A stretch of DNA of 30,078 nucleotides from Caecitellus pseudoparvulus (taxonomy: Eukaryota; Protista; Bigyra: Bicosoecida): positions 1 to 30,078 of the forward strand of contig CBFFRQ010000115.1 of the NCBI GenBank assembly GCA_965644315.1, read 5' to 3'. The position numbers and the translations under genes were made by a program. The notes under the pieces are model-generated. The model was not told where the DNA came from. It did no database searches and saw nothing but the letters and a program-made list of their open reading frames with translations. This document shows, piece by piece, positions 1-9,207 of this stretch; position 1 is the stretch's first letter; each line of letters opens with the position of its first letter.

Positions 1-1
1 G

Positions 2-23
2 AATATACTGGAAATGGGCAAAA
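2..23 (+). repeat. Left terminal inverted repeat (22 bp, perfect)
   Basis: Exact reverse complement of 4981-5002. Confidence 0.92.
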
Positions 24-2359
24 TTGGTGCGGTGCCCAATGATCATGTGCGCGAATGAGGCACATTGCAGTGGTTCGTGCGAACCTCAGACGCCAGTCCA
101 GGGGCGCGCAGGGGGCCTCACAGAGCCAGTAGCCTCGCTGCGTTTCAAGTGTGTTGAGTGCTGGTCGCGGCGACCTGCACCATCGCTGAAATCCATCACG
201 GGCAAGTCCGCACCGTAAGACTTCGTTACTCAGCTTGGAGACGGCGATAAGGTCTCTTTACGGCTTTGCAACGCTCCATGGAGATAAGGCCTCAACAGGA
301 GACGAAATTTCCAAAAATTTGTGCTGCATACAATCCTAATAGATTTACGGAGGTGTGCCTGTCCAAAGCGTGCCCGTAGGTTGTCTCTCTCCCGCCAGAG
401 AGCGCTGCACAGTGAGGGTGTGGTGTTTCGCTTTGCTTCACCACGCCAATCCACGAGGCCTGCGATATCTCTGCATAGGGCTGCACTCTACCGGCTCTGA
501 ACAGTTGAGAGGTCCGTTACATGAAGGTAGTCTGATGAAACGTTGAATTGTTCTGCAAGTCTCTCATACCACGCGTCTAGCCTCGGGCTCCTGACTGGCC
601 TGTGTGTCGATGAAACTCCCTTCACCCAGCCGGAGAGCCGGTGGCCCTGCTCCAGCCCTCAGCGGCGCACACGCTTGGCACTCGGCGAACTGAGACCATG
701 GTGCCTAACTCGCTTCTCCCGCTGGACAAACTGCTCTTCTTCTCGCTGCACCTTGCTGGCCACTCGCTCGACCTGGCCGACAGTGGCGTGAGCAGCTGAG
801 GCGATGCGGGACGCTGCTGTGTTGGGGCTGTACTTGGCAGTCTTGGCCTCTTGCGTCTCCCTCTCCTCCCTGAGCAGTCGGCGAATGTCTTCTTCAACCT
901 CTGGCGTGACGGATGAGGTGGCTTTGTGGTACAGGGGCAGGCCAAAGGCCTTTGCTTCCTCGAATGTGGTCGGGACAGGCACATCCGGGCAGCTCTGCAA
1001 GGCTGCTGTCAGGGTACCTCGAGCAAAGCCACCCACATCACCAGTCAGTACAGAGCAAAACTCTAGAGTGGCAGCAACATCTTGAGACTTGCTGCGGGTC
1101 TCTTCCTGGCGGCAGTCATCGCTCGCGAACGTGGACAGCAGCTTGGCAGCAGTGGCCTGGTTCTTCTCCAGCCAGTACAGCGTGAGGTTCATCTCGGCAA
1201 CATCCAGGCGAGTGGATGTGCCTGCTGATACCATGTGCCGCATGCCTGAGTGCAGGCTCTCATTGCCCCCGGTGGTGGTGGCGCCGTGCACCGCGTCACG
1301 CCCATCCAGCAAGCCTTGAAGCCCCACATCGTTCTGCAATGACGCCTTGACCCGAGCACGAACGGCGGGGAAGGAGGACTTGGGATCCAGGATGCCGCGT
1401 GTGATGCGGCCTTGCACGGCGGTGCCTGCGCCACCTCGCGATTGAGGCGCCCACACCTGGCGAAACAGGTTTGCAGTGCGCTCCAGTGCCGCCGAGGCCT
1501 GTTTGTGAGTGCAGGGTCCAATGTGGAGGGGAAGGATGGGCACCCCGCCTGGGTGCAGCCCAGCCTGAGTTGGTGTGAAGTGATCTCCTTGGCACCGACG
1601 CTGCAGCATGCCTGCTGAAGTGGCACAGGCAGCAGCAAGTGCGAGGGGGACGTGCTTGCGAAGCCTTGCAGCAGCCCCAACTGCACGCCCTGGCCCATAC
1701 AGGGCCCACCCATAGGCTGTGAGGAATTCTTGGACTTGTGTCTTTTGGGAGTCAGAAAGGGACTTGCGTCGCAAGATGCGGCAGGCGCAGTCGATGAAGG
1801 CCTGGATGTCGGCAGGCTCAGCAGAGCTCAAGGCGGCTCGTTGCCGAGCAATGGTATCCTCTGGAAGGAGCAGTTTGGGGGACACCACGCCCAGTGCAGG
1901 TGTTCGGATCCACTCCACTGTGTCGAACCACAGCTTGATGAAGAGTGGGCCATCTTGGTGCATGGCTCGCTTGGGAATGGCCTTGGCGACGCGACTGGCA
2001 AAGTGCCACGGATCCACCGCGAACCGCACCACGCCTTTCGGCAGCAGTGGAAAGTGCACGTCAATGATTGCCTGCAGGGCGTGCTGGTGGGTTCTGAGGT
2101 TGTCCACTGTGATGACGCTGGGGTGGGACGCCGCCGGGCCGCGCTCCCGCAAGTGCCCCTTCAGCCTGTGCAGCACTAAGCCCAGGACCCAGGCCAAGTT
2201 TGCCGCGCTCTCGTAGCCCGTGAACATTGGAGGTTGTAGGATGAAGCCGTACCGGCCCACAACCGTGGCTATGCAGGGAGCTATTCGCCACCGAGTCCTC
2301 CCTGTGGCCCGGATGGCCCGGCTTCCGCCGCCCACACAGGCTTCCTCCCCTGAATCCTC

Positions 2360-2360
<1 letters not shown>

Positions 2361-2390
<30 letters not shown>
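2361..2390. repeat. (TCGCTG)5 hexanucleotide microsatellite encoding a Ser-Asp repeat
   Basis: Five perfect copies inside an acidic tract (EEEPEDELDGEEDSGSDSDSDSDSDED) of the transposase. Confidence 0.9.
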
Positions 2391-2391
<1 letters not shown>

Positions 2392-4332
2392 CACTGTCTT
2401 CTTCTCCATCCAGCTCATCTTCAGGCTCTTCCTCGCCCAGCTCGTGCTGTGGGCTCGCTGGCGCAGCTCTGGCCCTGCGCAGTGGCTGTGGGCCCGCGAC
2501 GTGCACACGGGCCGAAGATGCAAAGGTCCAGTCCACGCTGATGGTGTCAGCGAAGCGTGCGAGGGCCTGCAGGTACCCCTCCACATGCGGCTTGACAGCG
2601 GCATGGTAGATGTGCAGGATGGCATCCCGCAGAGCCTTCACACTTGTGCTGGATCGCACGTTGCCCACAATATGCTTTCTGGCTCGGCGCACGGCTTGGG
2701 CCAGCGCATGTTGCACCTCAGGGCATTCACCGAGAGAGGCGTGCTTCTTGAACAGCTTCTCTTACCAGGAGTCTACTTTGTCCTCGAAGGGCCGCATGAG
2801 GTCTCGCCAGAAGGCTTTCTGCACCTTGACCATGCCTTCCCGACGGTGCGCGACGTAGTTCTCCCACAGACTCGTAGCAGCAGCCTCGTCCATCAGAATG
2901 GTGCCAGCGATCGCGCATGGTATGGAAAGGACCAGCCTGCGGCCCTCCATGCCAGGTGGGGGCGATCCATCTGGGAGTACGTCCGGGTACAGCTGGTGCT
3001 TGACCCGCCAAAAGGATCGCGACCCGACTGTGACAGCAAATCGATGGCTTCTGCAGAGCAGAGTCGCCTTTGATACAGGCTGCACTCCCTTGAATCCGGT
3101 GAACAGACACTGCTTCGCGCTGTGGGAGCCATTGGTCGTCCACTTGCACGTGCCGTGGCAGCTGCCTGCCTTGGGACAGGTGCCCCATGGCAGCTGCTGT
3201 CGCACATCAGTCCAGCCTGTGCTACTCACGGATAAAACTGTGAGTTCGGTGCGCATGGAGGGGTGCGCCATGCTTCCCTTCAGGTCCGCTTCCATTTGGT
3301 CCAGGTCCGCTTGGACCTCTGCGGGGATGGGCCGGTCACCCACCTGGGCTGGCCTGCCAGCTTGTGCGGCCACCGCGACTTCGAAGCGCAACCGTGCTGC
3401 GGTTGCAGCTGCTTGGTATGCTTCACTGGCTGGCAGGCTGTGGCCGTCTGGGCTCCACGGCACAGTCTTGCTGGGGCATGGGCCAGGAGGGCGAGGGAGG
3501 AAGGGTAACTGCTCGCCATAGGCTGGGTGGGTTGCAGCGAGGCCCACTGGCTGGACGTCCAGGGTGACGGGCTGCTTGCGGGTGGGGATGTAGTGCTCGT
3601 ACAGTGAGCCTGCCAGGGCAGCGTTCGCAGCAGGCTGCACAGCCCAGGAGTCCCTTGTGACGGCGTGTGTTGTGCCTGCCAGGGTGCCTGCCTTGCCCTC
3701 CATGTCCTCACATGGCTCGATGTACCTGTACAGCATGTTGCCTTGCTTCTCAGCGGCATCCTTCCTCAGTGCGGCGTCGACGGAGCCTTCCCCATCTCGC
3801 AGCGCTGACGCGACGCCCAGCTCAGCAGGGTTGTCAGGGAAGGACATCAGCACCCCTTCTCCATGCTGGGGCGGCAGTCTAGCCCGGCTTATCGCTGCAC
3901 GGGTGGCCATGACGGTCGCCCCAGGCAGTCCCAGAGTCACAGGCTGCGCAGGAGACGCCATGAGCATGCCCAGCACTGAACCCACTGAGCCAGCCAGGGC
4001 AGCCGCGCTGGGAGGCACGATCAAGTCAGAGGGAGCCTCAGGGAGGCACTCAGGAGCTACGTCGTCTTTGGTGCACTGCTGGACAAACTCGTCGCCGACA
4101 GGCGCGGCGTCCAGCAGCAGCCGGCTGGCCGCAGCTGCACCGGCCCGCACCATGGCTCGGGCGCTGGCGATGGCTTGAGTGAACCAAGTGGTGCCCTGGC
4201 CGCCTGGAAGGCCTCGGCGGAAGAACTCTTCAGCCATGTCTGCGATGGCCCGTGGATACAGCATCCACTCGGAGCTGGGGCTGGGGGGGTCCATGGCTGG
4301 GCTTGCAGCGCCTCCAGAGCTAGAGCCAGTGC

Positions 4333-4397
4333 CTGTGTGGAGGCAGCACCATTGCCGTGACGCTGTGGCGCGGCAAGCAAGGCGCTTTAGCACGCAC
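4333..4397 (-). other. Spliceosomal intron (65 nt) in the transposase
   Basis: GTGCGT donor and CACACAG acceptor. Removal fuses the Zn-finger ORF in frame to the main ORF (DP-C-TGSS). Confidence 0.72.
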
Positions 4398-4469
4398 ATG
4401 GATCGGCAACCACAACGTCTGCCGAAGGTTTAGGCATTTCAACCACTACATGGTGCGGGGCACCCGATT

Positions 4470-4547
4470 CTGCGCCGCAGGGAGGCTCGGCGTGCTGGCT
4501 GCGCAGCTGGGCGAAACGCCTGTTTGAGGCACCACCACGCCACGCAC
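4470..4547 (-). other. Probable spliceosomal intron (78 nt, frame-neutral) in the transposase
   Basis: CAG|GTGCGT donor and GCGCAG acceptor; size matches other introns in the window. Not required for the frame. Confidence 0.5.
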
Positions 4548-4980
4548 CTGCCGCCAGCTTCATGGCCCGCGCATGCCCACATCGGTGGTTGGAGAAGTTA
4601 CTGGGATTCTTCCCTCGCCAGTGACACCCTGTTCGCAAACAGTGGTAGTGTGTCCTGGTCACGAGGTCAGCTCCAGAGGAGCGACCCTGCGAGGCACACA
4701 ACCCCTCAGCCTGCTCTTGCCTCCAGCGCGCACAGTGCACGCAGTGACGGGCGTCAGACGAAGAAACTTTAATCAGGAACGGCCCTTGTTGCAAGTTCAG
4801 AGGCGGAGACGGCGCTGGAAGGGCCGTGGGCGACGCCGCGAAAATGGGCTGGTCCATGCCAAAAACAGCGCCTGTGGGGCTGGTGGCAGCCCAAACAATA
4901 AATCAAAGCCTGCAAATATCCTCCATGGGATGCCAAAATTGCGCCCTGTCAGCGAAAATACTGGAGGTGGTGCGAGAATG

Positions 4981-5002
4981 TTTTGCCCATTTCCAGTATA
5001 TT
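4981..5002 (-). repeat. Right terminal inverted repeat (22 bp, perfect)
   Basis: Exact reverse complement of 2-23; about 125 bp upstream of the transposase ATG at 4857. Confidence 0.92.
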
Positions 5003-5005
5003 GCC

Positions 5006-8000
5006 ATGCCAGCGGTTGCCGCAGCAGTGGCCGCAGAGGCGGCTGCGCCGGGCGATGAGGTGTCCACCCCAGCCCGCTGCAGCTGCTCCACGAGGCCGGT
5101 GATGGTGTTGATGATGGTCTCCAGGCGGTCCTTGTTGAAGCCGCCGAACTGCAGGGCCAGCTTGCGCACGCCGGAGATGTCTCTGCGCGACAAGGACAGG
5201 ATGGCGTCCACGATGGCCAGGGCGCCGTGCTGCTCCACCGGCACCACGCTCTCCAGCAGCTGCATGATGTGCTCCTGCCGCTTCCCCAGCTCCTCCGCCA
5301 CCGCCTTGCTCACTGCCAGCGCCTTCTTGGCAGAGCTGCCGCTGGTGGAGCCCGCTGCAGACACGGCCGCCGCAGCCGCTGCGCCACTCTGCCCTGCCGT
5401 TTGTGCTCGGGACGCGACAGAGGCAGCTGAGCCAATGACGGACTCAGCCTGTGACGCAGCGGCATTGGAGACGTCTTCCAGGGCGCGCAGACGGGCCTGC
5501 ATGAGCGCGATGAAGTGCTGGATGACGCCGAGGGCAGCCACAAGCTTGGGCTCGTTCTGCACCAGCGCCTGCACGAAGACGGGGATGGTGGTGAGGAGTT
5601 CACCAGGGTTGCCGCACAGGAGGATGCCGCCCAGCGTGACGGCCAGGAACTTGGGGTCACGCAGGCGCTTGGCGAAGATCTCGTCGCCACTGCCCTGCGA
5701 CAGAAGTCTGTCACCATGCCCAGGGATGGGAGGGCGCCCTGTGCCTGGGAAATGCCGCCTGAAATAGCCCCTGCCGCGCTGCCCACAGCTCCCAGAGCAG
5801 AGTCCCGTGCACCCATGATGTCCGCACTGAGCAGGGAGGACAAGTTGGCGCCGCCCACCATGCTGCTGGCGGCGTCCTGCGCCCGGCCCGCTGCTGCGCT
5901 GGCAGACGCACTCAGTGCAGCCAGAGGCGCTGACACAGACGTCGCAATGCCATGTGAGACTTGTGACGCCGCGAACTTGGCCACCGCCATGGAGGCCTGT
6001 GCAGCCTGCGACACCTGCCCCTTGCGGGACCGGGCCGCCTTGCCTGACGTGTCGCGCTGCAGGACTGCCTGCACCTTATCCACTGGCCCCAGCAGGCCCT
6101 TGGCAGACTCGATGGAGGACGGAGACACGCTCTGAAGCAGCTTCACCTCTTCGAAGCTGGTCAGTCCAGGGGGCAGCTCTTGGCCTCCTTGGGACACCTC
6201 CCTGACCCGCTGCACGATGGCCTCGGCGGCCGGCTTGGGCAGGCGTCGCAGCAGGACGCGGATGAGGGAGTTCCGGATGCTCTCGTTGTGCAGCAGAGTG
6301 AGCTGCACGGTGTTTTGTGTCAGCATGACGCGGGGAATACCAAGGATGCGGCAGAGGCCTGTCGCAACGTCGCCCTGCATGAGGGAGAAGAAGCCGATGA
6401 GGACGCGGTCCACCTCTGGCAGGACAAAGGCCGGGTTGGCGCCCCACACAGCCCTGGACAACAAGCGCACAGAAGCGCCCTTCACGCCAAAGTACTTCTC
6501 CATCGTGCGGTTGGACATGCCCCGCAGGGACTGCAGCGGGTGCAAGCCCACCCCCACACTCCAACGCTGAGCTGCCTGCAGCACAGGCAGCACTTGGTCC
6601 AGCAACCAAGGCCGGCGGGTGGTCTCTTCGTCCCCGCGGTCGCCGGAAGATGCCGCCACAGCTGCAAGGGCAGGCCCGGCAGCCCGTGCCACGGGGAGAA
6701 TCCGCAGCAATTCCTCAGCAGGCGGCAAACGCCCTGTCACGAACTTCAGGATGGTGCTGAGCACACGGGCCGTGGCACGCACAGGCTTGGCCTCGCCGCC
6801 GACGTCGTCGTCCTCCTCCCTGCAGAAGGGGATGTTGCTGAAGCGGGCAGACTCCACACGCGTCAGCAGCTTCAGAGCCCTGTCCAGGTCAATGCAGGCG
6901 CTGTCACGCGTCAAGTCCAGGCCTGCCTCGGCGGAAGCCCGCGCAAGGTCGTCACGGACAGCCAGAGACTTGACGGCTGCCGCGGCATCGTGGGAAGACA
7001 GTGTGCGCATCTCGTCTTCGTCGATCATCAGCTGCACCGTCGCGGAGCTGCTGCGAGCATCGCCCACCAGGCGGTGGAACTGGTTCGTGTGTTCCTCCTG
7101 CTTCTTGGCGAACTTGTCGCTCATCTCTGCCTCCACGAACTCGTCCAGGCGGTCTCGCTGCGAGTACAGGTCAGACACGAACGCCATCTGCATGCGCATG
7201 GCATCGTGCACAGGCAGGTTGGCGCCGTTCACTGCCTCCACCATGTCCAGGCGCAGCTCTTCAGCCACGGCCTGGGACGTGAGCAACTCCCCGATCGGGC
7301 GGTACCCTGCCATGGCCCGCGCATTCATGTGCTTCATCTGGGCGCGGTGCACGTGGAAGCGGCAGTGGAACTTGCCCCGCACGACGCTGACGGAAAAGGC
7401 GGGGTAGATGGGCATGCCTTGCAGGTCCAGGTTCTTGAAGGCGACCCTCATGGGCGCGTCGAAGTTGCCGTTCAGATCGAAGGTCATGATGCGCTTGTCG
7501 TAGTCCACGGCGCAGCTGATGATGTCGCCGTTCTCCCACTCACTGCCGAAGGAGCCGTCAGCCCCCCCATTCCACTTCTTCCGACGCTGGCCGTCCCAGG
7601 CCCACGAGTTGGGGTCGTCGCCCACGCCATTGTTGCGCTTGGTCGCGAAGGCGTTGTTCACCCAGCCCACCTGCAAGTACCGGTCTCGCCCAGAGAACAT
7701 CTGCAGCTCGTAGTAGTACTTGCCTGACGTCACAGCTGCGCCTGGGATGGCCACAGTGGGGAACGAGGACGCCTTGCTGGTGTTTAGGGAGAACCGCACA
7801 CGGCCACTGCTGTCCCCCATGAACAGCCCATCGATGCCCAGGATCTGGTACTTCCGCCTGCTAGACACCATGGGCAGGGGGCGCGTTGGCCCGCCAGCGT
7901 TGAACTCGGGCGCATACTTGCTCTGCAGCACCTTGCGGCTCTCGCTACCCGCATACCGCAGCGCGTCATCGCTGTCGTCCATGACTGCAAAGTCAAAGTA

Positions 8001-8963
8001 ATCCTCCGCCTCTGCCACCTGGTCGCCGCCCTTGGGCGACATGGCCGAGCCACGTCGGGGGTGTCCCTTGGAATCTGGCGAGCCGAAGCCCTTCTTCTTG
8101 CTCTGCCCCGTCAGCAGGCGCATGGTGTTCATCTTCAGCATGGCGTCCTCCTTGTGTTCGTCCAGGTCCTCATCATCCTCACCAGGGTTGCCACTGGAGG
8201 AAAGGCGGCCGGGGAAGCCACCCTGGGCGGGTTTGGCTTGCTCACTGCCAGGCTTCTGCTTCTCTTCCGCTTCAAATCCGCCTGGGCTGTCTGCCCGACC
8301 CGACGCAGGGGTGGGCAAAAGAGGCGGCGCCTTGGACTCGCCAGCGCCATCCTGCGGCACAGACGATGATGACTCGTGCAGGCCACTCACACCAGAGCCT
8401 GTCAGCGTCGCAGAATGCTCCGCGTGGGCCTCCACCGCCGAGGGCCGATGCCCGGCGCCCACTCCGCTCAAGTCCACCCTGGACACTTGCGTGGAGGGAT
8501 CCTCCACGTGGCTTGCTCCGGATAAGCAGATGAAGTTGCTGTCCACGTCCAGAGTCATCAGCTTGATCTTGCGATCGGCGCCAGTGGTGGTGAAGAGGAA
8601 GTCGATGGCAGCGGACTCCCTGTCCACCCGTAGAGTCGGCATGGAGGAGCTGATCCACGGCTCCATCTTGTGTCGGAAGTCCTTGCTCATGGGCACGATC
8701 TGCGTGATGCTGCCCTCGTGCTGGGGTGCCATCTCAGCCACCACCCTCCAGTCCATCCACAATGACTCCGTGACATGAGCAGAGCGAGGCGCGCCGTCCA
8801 CGGCCAGCAGCCGCCCATGTGACGTGCCCACCAGGATGACGTCATTGGGGGTGGGCATGCTGGGGCGCGGCTCATCCACCACGATAACCTTTTCCTCGTT
8901 GTGCCTCGAGCCAAAGCAAGCTGACCATGGCAGGTGCACGGGGTGTTGCGTGAAGCTTGGCAT
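5006..8963 (-). pseudogene. Large WD40-like + SPRY (B30.2-like) domain protein, interrupted at ~5005 by the transposon, with a frameshift at ~5703
   Basis: SPRY core at ~7350-7800: GKYYYELQM..LQVGW..GVGDDPNSWAWDG..W..WENGDIISCAVD..MTFDLNG..AF..IYPAFS (RyR/RNF123/RSPRY1-type pattern). WD40-like segments near the N-terminus (ILVGTSHGRLL, HEGSITQI, FTTTGADRKIKLM). Strong G/C third-position bias. After ~5703 the coding-like sequence continues in the frame of ORF 4903-5574 (LSQGSGDEIFAKRLRDPKF...). The 5' end is uncertain: a possible 68-nt GTATGT..CAG intron at 8988-8921 would add upstream exons. Confidence 0.78.
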
Positions 8964-9207
8964 CGTTGGTCAAAAACGTAACACATACATGTACCCGAGC
9001 GGGCATAATCGCCAAGCACCATTGCGCTTAACACAACGCTTTTGCTGCACTAGGGAGCAGATTGGGGCTCCTGACAACACTCTGATCAGCAAGCCAAACG
9101 ATGGCATCTCATCTAACCCGCGCCAGGCCAGGCTAGCTTCACCTCGACGCACGATCCCGCTGCCCGGCCAGCACTTCACTTGCATTAACCAACATGCTGC
9201 CTTAACA

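Larger units (their letters stand above)
659..4857 (-). pseudogene. DDE transposase (Mutator-like DxxH class) with an N-terminal Zn finger; exons 4857-4548, 4469-4398, 4332-659; in-frame TAA at 2764-2762
   Basis: ORFs 4387-4857, 2762-4399 and 659-2716 join into one 1352-codon frame via GTGCGT..CAG introns plus read-through of one TAA (SW*EKLFKKHASLGECPEVQHAL is in frame). Motifs: HYHCLRTGC..NHRC Zn finger (~4580-4650); CPKAGSC..C..C..CRSH cluster (~3045-3180); TISVDWTF (D, ~2532); ITVDN (D, ~2103); VDPWHF (DxxH, ~2003-2014); TTTGGNESLH (E, ~1260); basic NLS-like C-terminus AKRVRR. Confidence 0.82.
2..5005 (-). mobile_element. ~5 kb TIR DNA transposon, Mutator/MULE-like DDE class; left end probably clipped by a few bases at the window edge
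   Basis: Bases 2-23 (aatatactggaaatgggcaaaa) are the exact reverse complement of 4981-5002 (ttttgcccatttccagtatatt). Between them lies one DDE transposase gene. The neighbouring SPRY-gene frame runs straight into the right TIR. The exact outer end (5002 vs 5005, ...ttgcc) is uncertain and the TSD is not visible. Confidence 0.88.

Noticed and set aside
24-658. Possible Fanzor/TnpB cargo or guide RNA between the transposase stop and the TIR
   Set aside because: Only short motif-less ORFs; no RuvC or Zn-ribbon motifs and no convincing RNA structure by eye
5695-5714. 20-nt GT-AG micro-intron that would fix the SPRY-gene frameshift
   Set aside because: Far below the 65-78 nt intron size seen elsewhere; a 1-nt indel is simpler (kept only as an alternative)
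6180-7727. 515-aa plus-strand ORF and other long ORFs antisense to the SPRY gene
   Set aside because: Shadow frames caused by strong GC3 bias on the opposite strand; no motifs
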